A stretch of 64,000 nucleotides of DNA. It comes from Curvularia clavata. Taxonomy: Eukaryota. The notes beneath the pieces were generated by a model. The model did not search any database and was not told where the DNA came from. It saw only the letters and a program-made list of their open reading frames with translations. Numbering within the stretch: the first letter of the stretch is position 1; each line of letters begins with the position of its first letter. Location: contig CP089275.1 in assembly GCA_023920165.1 (NCBI GenBank), positions 806,001 through 870,000 on the forward strand, in the 5' to 3' direction. Shown here in pieces: positions 23,309 to 35,456 of this stretch. The position numbers and the translations under genes are program-made.

Positions 23309-25550
23309 TCAAATCGTGACTTGAATCGTCCTCGCCAGACTTGGTGTACCACTTGTGGACAGGACAAACAAATGATACATTCCAGGAATCAGCACACCAC
23401 TATCATTTGGCAGTCTCACCAAGTACTCAGCGCCGCTTCCAGAAACATTTGTTAACGGTATACGTCTTTGATCGGTGTTGACGGAATGGGTGACGCTACC
23501 CATGCGCACAAGCACAAACTTTAGATTTGATGCCGATACCGACATGTTGATTGTGAACGAGCCGCCGACCTTGACGGATCGGACACTAACATTAGATATA
23601 ATGGGGCGTATAGCAATCGAGCCATCAGAATTGAACAGATACGGTGGCGAGAATATCTGCCCGTTGGGATGATCAGCACGCGGATCACAGTTTCCGCCAG
23701 TCCAGCAAAGACCGCCGCCTCCGCTGAAGACACGCCCATCAGCGAGAAGGATGCTCATCGAGTGATAATTGCGAGGGATGGCTTCTGGTGCAAGGGTCCG
23801 CCACTGCTTGTTGTAGGGGTTGAACAGCTCTGGGTAGACCACGGAGTCGGTATCCTGGAATCCTTTAACCCACCGCTGGCCACCAGTTATGAATACTGTG
23901 CCGTCCGGAAGCACGACAGCATTGGAATAACCGCGAGGAAAGGCCATATCTGGCATACGCTCGATCTTGGCAGGCTCATATGGCTTGTCGATGGTCGTAA
24001 TATGCGCACGTGTAAGAGATGGGGCATCAGAGTAGGACGTTGAGCCACCAGAACTGAATATCTTACCTGGCTCATACATTACGAAGATGCCGCACATTGC
24101 ATGGTTGGTATCCCGGATGCCTGCGCTAACTTGGGAGCCTTGACCTGCGGTTCCGTACCAATTTTGGGCCATACTAGGCCCAGCCTGGAAGACCGAGCCA
24201 TTTCGCCATGCGAACAGCCATGCGTGGTTGTCCTCTCTCCAAATACCAGCATTGTCTTGAGTCAACATAGGTCCAACTTTAGCACCAGGAAGTGGCGTCC
24301 AGGTGTTGGTCTTTGGATCGTAGATTTCGCCATCCTTTCCTTGAAGAGGGCCGGTGAATGCGCCTCCAATAGTGAAAATTTTATTCTCAGAGGTTGTAAC
24401 AGAGGATTGATAGCCTCTAGCCATCTTGAGATCAGGACCACGGGTGAACGCATTTGTTGATGGGTTGTAGAAGCTCGTTACAGCTGCATCTGCACCGCCT
24501 TGAATAAGGATTCGACCATCTTGGAGACTACTGATTCCAGGGCAGAACATGTCATGCTGCGTGTTTGCAACAGTTCTCAAAGAGGTTTGACCACTTTCAC
24601 TTGTTAGTAGTACACCTGCCCTCATGAATCTGCGAACTTACGTGTTGAAATTATAATCTCCAAAGACCGTTTGTTTCATAGGGCCAGAGAACTCGAAGGG
24701 TTTGTATGCGCTGAACACGAGCAACCGTGACGAGGTCGGAAATTCAGGAACGACATATCCGGCAACAGGAATAAGTGGAAGCTCAACTAGATCGGACCAT
24801 TCGCCATTCGAAGCTCGAGGAAATTTAATATCCAGTCGGATTGTGTCAAATTGTTTGTTCAAAGACCATATGATCGTGTTTGTCTCCTGACTGCCCTTGA
24901 AGTGGCATGCTTTGGCAGTTCCATCCCAAAGCCCGTGCCTGAGTGACAGTAGACAGTATCAGTATGTATCATAAACTCTCTTCACTTATTAGAGTAACTT
25001 ACACGCATGCGCTGTCCCGAGCGCAACGGTCAGCACAGTCATTCAATGAATTGACACCCCATTGGATCTGAAGAGTACCGCCTCGTAGATCCGAAGAGCG
25101 ACAGATCTTGTAGCTTTTCTGCAAACCCAATGAGTATCAACGGGCTTCATTTAACAGAAATTAACCACTAACCCCATTACTCAAGTAAGAGATCTCTTGG
25201 GTCGGGCAGCGAGCAATGTCTTTGAGATTTTGTTGGATGACATCAAACTGCTGACTCGGTTCCCAACGCATGTCTCCTTGAGCTTTGACGTGGCAATAAC
25301 GGTAGATGTGGTCGTAAACTCCCTTGTAACAATTCTTGTTTTCATCGCACATCGCAGCGCAATCTTCTAGAGAGTTAACATTGCCTCGAATCTGAACAGT
25401 TTCTCCTAGGAAATCCGAGTTGGGGCAGAGCTTGTAGCTCATGCCACTCGCGCCAGTGTATATTTTCTCGCCATTAGGACATGCGTCAAGAGCATACGTA
25501 GTCCCAGCGAAGATCGCTGTAGTAAGCAGCGCTGTTGTGATACAGACCAT
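23309..25550 (-). CDS. AA5_2 copper radical oxidase (galactose-oxidase family) with two N-terminal PAN/apple domains
   Basis: Signal peptide and two Cys-patterned PAN repeats. Cofactor and copper residues intact: HDMFCPG, RGYQSS, RNYHS and THSVN. Kelch repeats and a C-terminal Ig-like domain. Confidence 0.93.
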
Positions 25551-27003
25551 GTTGTTGGTGAATATTAAAACAGAAGCTGAAAAGTGCCCCGAAAAAGGCC
25601 ATAAGCGTAATTGGAAGAGAAAACTTTGAAGCTTTGTACTGGGTCCAGCTTTTATGTCATGTATAGCAGCATCGAAGATCAGTTTTCGAGCTATTGGCTA
25701 TAGTCTTGACGCATATTTGAGAGGGCAGGTACGGAGCTCTCTCCGTTGATGATATACGAGTTCAAGGAAACACACTATACTTAAGTGATCGGTTTCTATG
25801 AAACTTCATTACATTTGTTGCCTTCTGACAACAATTTTTTGGTATGGTATGAAGTCGTCAAATGACTTATTTGGTTTTAGTGTACATGCTAACAATGCTG
25901 AAACACGACCGCGCTGCTCAAGAGAAGTGTATTTGTCTCGGCACACGCAATGTGAAGAGATATGCGAATGCGAGTATTGATTTTGGAAGCACGTGTTCAT
26001 AGCAGCACGTGACCTACTCATACAAGATACCCCTGAGCTAATTGAAAATTGGATTTGGTTCCAACAAGACCTTTCTGGTACTATTTAAGACGATGGAGAG
26101 TCGTATGCTGCTCATAAAAATTACACTGAACTCCAAGTCTTATGATGAACAACTAAATTGTTCTATCTGTTGGCTTTGCTGAAGGAATTTGATAAAATGT
26201 CATTTGCATGTGTTGGTCTCTGTGTCATTGTCATGAGGCTAGGAATGCCAAGGCGCCTAGCCAATAGTTAGCTTCGATTGGAATAAGCCCTGTGTCGTTA
26301 AGCAACCAGACACAGGCGGGTGAATGGGTCAGGAGCACCCACCATAGGCTGGAGCTGTATTGTAGGCTGCGTTGATAAGGTCGTGGTAGAGTTATAGCAG
26401 AGGTTTTGCTTGCAGTGATCGCCTCAGTACATAAGGTGTCTCGCCACATAGGGGCGGACCTTACCTGCTGTCACCAGGCCGCGCTGTCTGTGGCGCAATG
26501 CGACAATACGACGACAACAGAAGCGAATTAAACTACTGCAGCCAAGCAGCCAATAGCAATACAAGCTTTTCTCTAGCCGTCATACTAGCCTTGCCTATTA
26601 TTAGGTGCAACTCGCATTCGTCAAACTCAAACTCACTAGGTCAAGGTATACAGTACTAGTCTACAGACCTGCGTTAGTGGCGTTAGCGCCTGAGCTCAGC
26701 TGAGATGTCACTCACCAGTAGCGATACCGAGACTCCGTAGCACGGTGCATTCTAATAAGACCAACCCCTCAATGTGGCGGGATGTATTTATTTAGTGTTG
26801 TCGTGTTGCAAATTGCTTGCAGGCAAGGAGTGATAGCCGGATAATCATGGCGTTCATCTTGGTCTTTAAGCTCCTCGCTTCTTCCTCCTTATCATCCTTA
26901 GCCATTGAATCCCACTTTGTCCCAGGGAATACATTTTGGCTATAGCTAGATATCTTTCGAATATTGTCAGTAACCTTACACAATTGATCGACGCGATATC
27001 AAC

Positions 27004-27876
27004 ATGCGATGCTCACTTTCCCACATTGCACTCGTTGCAGCCTCGGCAGTGATGTGGTCGTCCGCCTCAGGCCGGCCAGAGCCATCGCATGAGTTGGTGA
27101 GGCGTGAACTCCACACGTTTGAGAAAGGATACATCAGCTCCCGCAGCTATAAGCACCCAAATGGAACCGTCAAGCTCATTGGATTCAAGAAGATCAAAAT
27201 TGCGGACGCCGACGTCGACGAGTTCGAAGAGGGCTGGCACGCGAACTTCAATGAGTTGAAGCAGTTTGAGCGTCACTTCTACGATGCGACAAGCCGCGAG
27301 CTCCGCATCTATTTCCCAGTTGAGAACGCTCTTCTCGAGCACGGATCCTATATGATTGAGGCCAATGAGCTTGGCGAGTTTGAAATGGACAGCCTCGACA
27401 GCGACTACGCGGTTGTCGGCCGCTACCAGACAGACCATGTCCACGGTGTTGATGCCAACATCATCAAGAATGGAGTTATATATCTTTCGGAGAGGGTGCT
27501 ACCACACCAGCGCATTGGGAACGTGTTCGTGTACGACTTTGGGTACAAGGACCTGCACGATCACGACGACGATCATGATCACGACCACAGTCATGGCGTG
27601 GCGAAACGCTGCGAGAACGTCGAGTGTCCAAGCCAGGGCTGTGTCAAGAACCACGGAGGTGTTAACTGCAGCAAGAAATTTGGCATCAGCAAGGGAAGGT
27701 GTAGCATGCGCCACGATGTTTGCATGGATTTTAATGGATGGGCTGTCAACCTCCCTGGCGTCGACTGTAGCAGGCCCACCACTAAGGCTAAGAGGATTCT
27801 GAAGTTCCCCGGCAGTGATTGCGACTATGCTGTCGGTGCAGGTCATTGTTACAATGAGGTTGCAGCCTTTCACTAG
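27004..27876 (+). CDS. Secreted protein of unknown function (290 aa): His/Asp tract, KR site and 9-Cys C-terminal domain
   Basis: Intronless ORF. Signal peptide MRCSLSHIALVAASAVMWSSASG. HDHDDDHDHDHSHG, then AKR and an 88-aa Cys-rich domain. Confidence 0.85.
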   Translation: MRCSLSHIALVAASAVMWSSASGRPEPSHELVRRELHTFEKGYISSRSYKHPNGTVKLIGFKKIKIADADVDEFEEGWHANFNELKQFERHFYDATSRELRIYFPVENALLEHGSYMIEANELGEFEMDSLDSDYAVVGRYQTDHVHGVDANIIKNGVIYLSERVLPHQRIGNVFVYDFGYKDLHDHDDDHDHDHSHGVAKRCENVECPSQGCVKNHGGVNCSKKFGISKGRCSMRHDVCMDFNGWAVNLPGVDCSRPTTKAKRILKFPGSDCDYAVGAGHCYNEVAAFH

Positions 27877-28597
27877 GGAACCTTAGAGCACTGGGGTTGA
27901 AGACCTTTGTATAGCAAGCACTATGGTGCCCAGTTTCAGTTGATTTTGTAGTATTTGGTGGATCAGTGCGTCAGCAACGACTCAGAGGACTTCAGCAATA
28001 TATACACATATATTTAACAGAAGAGTATACAGAAGCATGGTTCAGCGTTTGGAACGCCCGGCGTGACTTAAATACCTTTACAAGATTATTTAGTGCCTGA
28101 TGAGAGTCAAGTTGATATCAAACTTAGAGGCTCATATGTGACTTAGGAGTCCAAGAGTCGACTAAGAAACATAAGACAAATGTACCTGATGTAAATTTTG
28201 GAAATCTGATGGATGCGCAGGTTCAGATATTAGTCACTCGAGAAAGACACAATCCCGCACAGTCCGCCAGAGGTTTGACTGAACTATCAAAAACTCACCT
28301 TATATGACGACAACATTAAATTCCTTTATTTAAATTCGCCACAGATCGCAGGGTCGTGTATAGAATAGTTGGTTACCCTGATTCGAAACTTTGGAGGTAG
28401 TTTATATACTCTTCATACAATTAAACCGGGATACATCTTATCAGATACTCGAACAGATTGATTGTATATGGATTTGGTCCATCAATCCAAGACTAATCCA
28501 TGTCCTTGTATCGCTCACTACAACAACAGTTTGTGTGATCGCGTACAAAAGGCCAAGGCCAAGCCATATTACTCCAATAATCAACATTAATGAGTAG

Positions 28598-30835
28598 CTA
28601 CACTAAACAAATGGTCCTCTCTGATATCCTGGGCGCGGGTAACTGGTGTAGATAACACTCACCCACAACTTCGAATTTGTTGCCTCTTGATCGTAAAGTT
28701 AATGGCATGGGGCTCTTGCCGCATGTCCAAACCTGGTCACCAACCAGAGTTGTCTCGGGAACAAGTGCTAAAGCTCGAGACTTGAGGATCGTCATTCGTC
28801 TGAGTTCCATGTGATCGAAGTCTTCTTTGAGAAAACCTTCGTTCAACCCATACTTAATCCATCCTTTCGAAAAATTAAAGTTGGGAAAGATTTGAAAACA
28901 AGCATAAAACGACGAGGAGATAGTTACGACTGGAATACACCAATATATAACGATCCTTTCCCAGATCCCGCAACCTACCATTACGCTTATAATAAGAGGA
29001 AGGGTAAACAAAGTTATTAATGACAAGGCATAAATCATAGGTAGATTAGCTGGACCTCTTGAGCGAAAATCAGCTAGAAGACGCATAACCTTCGTCTCTT
29101 CTGGAATATCTGTTTGCCCACATGTGATTGTAAGAATGAAATCATCCCAAAAGGTGGCAGCAGAAGAACATGAACGAAACTGTTTCTCCCACTTGCTCAG
29201 AATCTCCAAGCGATGGTTTTCTGACATAGTGAAAGCGTACATGAGGCTGAACGTAATACTGCTTTGAGTTCTTTCGGTGTTGCAAACGGCACCCAGTTCA
29301 ACAATCTCATCAATGCAACATCCACATATCCGCAGTTCGGGGTCGTAGTAACGGGAGTCTGGGTCTGATGCACCTCCAGTTTCATTGACAACAGGCAGGT
29401 GCGGACCCTCTTTGAAATCATTCCGACTCTGGTAAGGGTTGTGCAAGTCTGATCTCGGTGATTGGTTGTCAAACCTTTGATGTTCTGTTAAACCAGTCGT
29501 ATTGTTTCGTTCCAGAACTTGACTCAATGGAGTAGCATTAGCTGCTGTGTCACTCCAGTCTGGGACCCATGTTGGTAGGTCAGACGCAAGGTCTTGGGTC
29601 AGCCCAACTTTTCGTAATAGACACCACCATGTAACTCTTTTTGGTGTACGCCTTTGGATAGCTGAAAATAGCTTCAGACTGTTTTCAGACTCCAAAATTA
29701 TCCTGGCAATCTTAATGTAGACGCGATTCCTGTACCCAGGTTCATCTGGAGAATACATCGGCTTGATTCCATATGTGCTACCCTCCTGAATCCTCTCGCA
29801 AAGTCCCAAAAGGCCAAAGACCTTATCGACTGAATTAGTGGCGTGGCTTTGCCGGAACATTGTTGACATCGATAATATGTTCCTGGATTTAGGAATCTTA
29901 CTCTGCATGATGGAGTGGAAAATCCAAGCCGGATCATCAAGGCTGTTGCTCGGAGCCTCTGGCAACAGTGCCCTGGCGAACAAGATGTTGCCTAAACCTC
30001 CAGCTCCGCGCTGACCTATACCAATACTCAATACAACTGTTGCGCCTAGGACGAGATCGCTCCAGGGTATACTAAGCTGTCCACAAATAATTTCAATATG
30101 GTGGCTAAGCGCAACCTCTTGTATAATCCATATCCGTGTGAAGTATGCTCGGCGCAAGAAAAGAAGTATAGACAAAGCTCCAAGAAGAACAGAAAGGCCC
30201 GATAAGTTTCCACTAGGAGATTGATGGGATGAAAGCGCTCTCTCTGACTGCGTGGCATTCGTTGCTATGGCAGAGAGTGATTTGAATGCTGTTCGGGACA
30301 TCCAACTTTCTGGTCCAGGCCAGATGATCGTCTTTTTCGAACGGCTGTATATCTCTCCCATCTTCTGGACTTGCATCTCCTTCTCTTCATTGTTTTTCTG
30401 ATCAATACAGATTGCATCAATCCAGAGTTTGATGTCATGACTAGGGCGACGAAGGTGCAGTAAAGCCGAGTAGAGGTTACTGGTAACGTAGAAACCGACA
30501 TCATTGCATTTAATTTTTTGAATGTTGCGTTTTGGATTGCCCCAAAGGTAAGATAGGGTTATGAAATCGTGGTCGGGTTCTTGTGGTAAGCGGTGTAGGC
30601 TAGAACTAGAGGATTTGTTCAACTCAGGAAATGCTATCTTCTTTATGGTGCAAGTGATTTCATCTCGACGTGATCCTTGCCGAAGCGTCAGAACGCGGAT
30701 ATCGTTTGTTCCTAGGCGTTGCTCGTCGTTGTTGTAGAAGCCGCTCTGAATCGGCCCAAGTTCTCGTCGCTCTTGGCATAAAACGCGAAACATGCTTAAA
30801 GTAGTCAAGTATTGTGTAACATGCAGACCGTGCAT
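28598..30835 (-). CDS. HET-domain protein (HET-6-like), intact, with hydrophobic C-terminal segments
   Basis: FITLSYLWG, LWIDAICIDQKNNEEKEMQVQKMGEIYS, YFTRIWIIQEV, DKVFGLLGL, LPTWVPDWS and FEVVGECYLH. The start codon is uncertain. Confidence 0.9.
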   Translation of the reverse strand: MHGLHVTQYLTTLSMFRVLCQERRELGPIQSGFYNNDEQRLGTNDIRVLTLRQGSRRDEITCTIKKIAFPELNKSSSSSLHRLPQEPDHDFITLSYLWGNPKRNIQKIKCNDVGFYVTSNLYSALLHLRRPSHDIKLWIDAICIDQKNNEEKEMQVQKMGEIYSRSKKTIIWPGPESWMSRTAFKSLSAIATNATQSERALSSHQSPSGNLSGLSVLLGALSILLFLRRAYFTRIWIIQEVALSHHIEIICGQLSIPWSDLVLGATVVLSIGIGQRGAGGLGNILFARALLPEAPSNSLDDPAWIFHSIMQSKIPKSRNILSMSTMFRQSHATNSVDKVFGLLGLCERIQEGSTYGIKPMYSPDEPGYRNRVYIKIARIILESENSLKLFSAIQRRTPKRVTWWCLLRKVGLTQDLASDLPTWVPDWSDTAANATPLSQVLERNNTTGLTEHQRFDNQSPRSDLHNPYQSRNDFKEGPHLPVVNETGGASDPDSRYYDPELRICGCCIDEIVELGAVCNTERTQSSITFSLMYAFTMSENHRLEILSKWEKQFRSCSSAATFWDDFILTITCGQTDIPEETKVMRLLADFRSRGPANLPMIYALSLITLFTLPLIISVMVGCGIWERIVIYWCIPVVTISSSFYACFQIFPNFNFSKGWIKYGLNEGFLKEDFDHMELRRMTILKSRALALVPETTLVGDQVWTCGKSPMPLTLRSRGNKFEVVGECYLHQLPAPRISERTICLV

Positions 30836-33415
30836 CTGGTGATGAAATCATTTTGGTGGGTGATAAAGGCCCACATTTAAGGTTCGATGGCCCTAGACCG
30901 TGGCTAGCCTTGTAGAGCTGAGCTGGCCATCTAATCTTAAACTGGCTTAGACTCCACCTGTTCTTTTAGTGCGTCTTTCAGCTCATGCACATTGGTTTTC
31001 AGCCTTCATACTTACAACATTCGTTCCAAGGCGGGGCAGAACTATGACGTTGTTCTCGCATGATGTAGCTGCTCACTACGATGCAGTCTAGTAGTTATTA
31101 CAAAGGTAGCAGAGGCTCTTTAATAAGATACGTCTAATATCATTCTTGTAGTAGAAATACGTTACAATATGTTAGAGACACCCCTTGTTTCTAGATTAGA
31201 GGCTATCTCTAGTCTGGAGAAGGAAGACCGGAAGGTCGTGCGCGATTAGTGCCGACAGCGTCGCAACTGCTAAATCCAAGATCCGGGTACTCAATTCAAA
31301 GAAGCATTGAAAAATGGTCAGAGGCGTGATTGGTTCGAAGCACGGAAAAATGAGGGGTATGGCCAATGTTTTATCACTAGGTCAGTTATACATTAGTGCT
31401 TGAGAACTACTAAAACCTCTAGACTAAAGAGAAGTCCAAGTCTTAATTGGGTCCAGAACTATATTGACTTGGCTAAACACAAGATCGACTGCCTTGCATC
31501 ATGGCAACACGCCATAGTAGCACGCACGTAATCGAAATCAATCGCACTTTGAAGACTGATGTCTATTTTTGGTAGAGGATGTGACTGGCGTGTATGAATG
31601 GAAGTGGAATCTCATCGTGTGGAAACACGCTGAGAGAAGCGGGCACTATTGCTGCTCCGATTTCTTTCTTTGCAGGTGGTATTCTTGCTAGGTTCTCCCT
31701 TTAGGAAGGCAAAGATTAGGCGAACCAAACACTCAAAACTCTTTCTATTGGAGTACTTTTCTCTATCCTGGTGTCTAGCAAGAGCTTGGGTTTATTCCAT
31801 CAAGAAGCTTAAGGTAGTCACACTTCTATGGGTCGCATAGGCCATACGCTATCCTTTCACTTATTAGTTACCTTACAATGTTTGTTCAAGTCCTGAGACA
31901 CCAATCACCATAAAGCTTTTTTTGATATGATATTCTGACCCTATTGTGTCTGAGTATGGAGTTGAGTAGTTGCGTTGCACAGTACGCATAAACAGATATT
32001 ACGCTAGCTAAGCTGATCCCCCACCTAAATTCAAGTGGATCCTAAGTTCAGTTTTGAGCCACCGAACAGGCCAGCACCGACCTGATCCGAGTTTGCCGTC
32101 GCATGTTAGGTTCAACCCTGGACTAGTATCAGATCTAGTTGCATCTATTCTTCCTCCTGTGCTATCTTTCTCAACATCCCAATTTTTCTTCTTTGGTTTG
32201 GGCGACATATAGACATCTATTACGTGGCACTCTTGCGCATACCCTCCCGCCCAACAAGACTATCACGCTTCTAAACCCGCTTTTGATTTTCTTCATCTTC
32301 AAGGATAGTCTGTCTATGGCGCGTCCCGCCAGTCAGTTGACTATACGCTCCGCGCACTAGAAAGGTCATGTCCAGCTGATAATAAAGTCTTCCAAAGGGA
32401 AATGCCAACCAGGCGTTTCCCATAAAACATACCATTTGCAACTACTTGTACCACGTTTTGCTTTCAGGTTTAAACAACTCCACCTTAATATCCCTAGTGC
32501 ATAAGAACTCATCTTCTTAGAAGGAAACGACGACTGCAGAGGTTCACTCCAGGATTCACCGCATGTACGTATATCCATTCCAAACATCACATGAACAAAA
32601 CCTTAGCATTAGCCATCTCCTAACAGTGCCCGCTAGCTGATTGCTTACTCTTGAGTAAAGAAAAGCCTGTCCACCCCGACAACACGTGGTGTTGTGAACC
32701 GGGTCTAGTTGTACCGATCGAGCGAAACCAGACCGGTCTCAAGTGCAATACGTATGAAGAGTCACTAGAACAGAATGAGACTACAGCATCGAGAATTTTG
32801 ACTAGTCCTTGTACTGACAGCGGTCCGTCTTCCACGAGCACATCCAACCCGCGGTCGAAACTAGCGCGCCCCAGTACAGGTCGTAGAAATCTCCTTGTGA
32901 GTATCGCTATGGGGGCTTTGATAGGTGTTTTTGCTCTTGTTGTGTGTGGATTGATCCCTTAGAGAAAGAACAGGAACGATATTGCGGAGGTCCCAACAGA
33001 CTCCCCAGGGTCCAGGTTGCAACGGTGGCACAAATAAATTTTCCAAAGGTATCAAAGTATAAGAAAAGCAGTTAGGCTTAGTGTAATGAGATTTTATCGA
33101 TTATTTGAAAAGAAACCTTATGTATGAGCTAAGAGAAGGACAACCCCAGGTGAAATGAAGTGATCCAAAGTACATGCTGGAAGTACTAGTCTCATTCCAC
33201 GTCTACGTATAATTCATCGATGTTAGAGGAGAATCTTGCACTATATTAGGGATTACAAACCCTATCCCAGGGTTATCCCAGCATCTTCTTACAGCCCACT
33301 TCCAGAAGGTATCCACGGAGGTGTCCCGAAATGCTTCCATCCCCCGTCTGATCTTCACCCCCGCCATAGAACCAGCCACGCATCAGTCGGAATAGTCAAT
33401 AGGTCTGTGAACCCT

Positions 33416-34354
33416 CTATTGATTTCCTAAAATACCCTCAACTAACTCGACGAACTTCAAAGCCATCTTCCTTCCTCCCTCCTTGCTCGGCTCAACTCTC
33501 GCGGTAAATTCTTCAATCTTGGTTCCATCCATCACTTCATATAGTGCGCAAGGCACCACTTCAACCCCCGTAATACTTATATTCTTTGTACCCATCTCGA
33601 ACATCTGCCTGATCGCTGTCTGCAACTTTCGTGGGGTTTTCTCATACCCCAGCAGTCTTAACTGCAGATCCGCCCAACCCGACTGTCCAAACCGCTTCTC
33701 GAGCGGAAAATAGATCATACAAACGATGACCGCGCGGGGCTTAGTCTTCGCTGTGAGGCGCTCGATGTAGCGCTGTGTGGCGGTATGGAAGAGGGAGGCA
33801 AAGTATGGAAGCGACCACGCAGTACCGGATACTATAGAGCTTTGCCAGGTGAGCCAAGCGAGCTTCACCATGTGGCAGGTAGTTGAGAATGTGGGACGCA
33901 TGGCTATGTCGTTGGCTCCAATACTAACAATTAAGATGTCGTTTTCGCAGATGCTGTCATGGATGAATTGGTCTTGTGGGAGAAGACCATTGTCACGTTC
34001 GCGCAGCATGCTCTCCTCGACCGCCGCATTGATACAGGTCGCTTTACTGCCCAGCATATGATTCACCCAGAATGCGACATCCGGCTTTGGTGTCGGTCGA
34101 TCCAGTGTATGCATGTAGATCTCTGGGACATTCACCCCGAGCGGGTCACCACCAGGTCCGCTACCAATGACCCAGTACTTGTTGTCGAGCGACGAGTCGC
34201 CAGCGAGATAGACGATAGCCTTGTCTGGGCGTTGATGGTGCGTTATATTGCGGAAGCGTTCTAGATAAGTAACATCATGGCCTTTCCATTCGCGGTAAAA
34301 TGCTGATGTGTTGATTTTGCGTTCGTGCGTTTGTGCCAGTGAAGTAGATGTCAT
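33416..34354 (-). CDS. SGNH/GDSL-fold hydrolase-like protein
   Basis: Block I YLAGDSSLDN, block III VSIGANDI, and C-terminal RVEPSKEGGRKMA. Likely start is the ATG at 34354 (MTSTSLAQ). Confidence 0.75.
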   Translation of the reverse strand: MTSTSLAQTHERKINTSAFYREWKGHDVTYLERFRNITHHQRPDKAIVYLAGDSSLDNKYWVIGSGPGGDPLGVNVPEIYMHTLDRPTPKPDVAFWVNHMLGSKATCINAAVEESMLRERDNGLLPQDQFIHDSICENDILIVSIGANDIAMRPTFSTTCHMVKLAWLTWQSSIVSGTAWSLPYFASLFHTATQRYIERLTAKTKPRAVIVCMIYFPLEKRFGQSGWADLQLRLLGYEKTPRKLQTAIRQMFEMGTKNISITGVEVVPCALYEVMDGTKIEEFTARVEPSKEGGRKMALKFVELVEGILGNQ

Positions 34355-35318
34355 AGCGTAGGGTAGATCAAGAGGTTCTGTAGCATAGGTGACAAACTGT
34401 GCGTCTTTACTAGCGGTTGCTGCATTCACAAAACGTTCCAGTGTGGGGGAGTACTCGCAAGAGCAGCAATGTAACTGCTTCCGATATACATGGACAGTCA
34501 ACAAATCCGTTAAGTAATTGGGGGTAATGCCAGGCAACAGCTATTCGATAAGCGTCCCGAGGTGGGGGTGATGTGACGCACAGACTACACTATTTCATCG
34601 TCAGCGATGTAAAGGAAGGAGCTACGGCGGTTAAGGTAAAAATCGTCGACAGCCAGTTAACCTAGCTGTACGTAACGCGGGGTCAAGGGTCACGTGACTG
34701 TATTGTTATATATGTATGAGAAAGGTTCTTGACACGCTCCTTATGTACTCTATAGAGACAGAGCTCTTGTAAACTCACTCGCTACCAAATATTTTTGCAA
34801 ATCCTCTAGGCAAGAGCTTTAAGTATTGCAAGTATGTGTCTAGGTCATATGACAGAAGAGATAGACAAAAGCTATAATCTGTAAGAATGTTTGAAATTGT
34901 ACTTTGAAAACCAGCTATATTGAGCATGATTGATTGGTATCCAATATTAGGGCTGTATGTTGATATACTATACAGCCCTGAGATTGGAGACGGATAGCTG
35001 TAATAACCGTGCAAGTAAGATGGATGTCCTGCATGATAACCCAACCACATCAGCTCAATCATCAATATTCATCTACAATGAGACGGAAAATAGTGCGAAC
35101 CTTTATCAGAACAATACCCCAAGTCGATATCCTAGACAGAGCTCTACAAAAAGCAAGGCAATTGGTAATTGCGCATGCATTCATTTTCACTCCGGACAAA
35201 TTCTAGCTCATATATCTCAAGGGCACGTAAGAAAGCTGACACCAAAAACTTGATTGTGATTATTATGGCCAGATCAAACTAAAGCCTATCAGTAGATATC
35301 TCCAGCTGACGATAGTCG

Positions 35319-35453
<135 letters not shown>

Positions 35454-35456
<3 letters not shown>

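Noticed and set aside
32651..32962. 103-aa ORF with a C-terminal hydrophobic segment
   Set aside because: Non-ATG start and no family motif; it may be a tail-anchored fragment but is unsupported.
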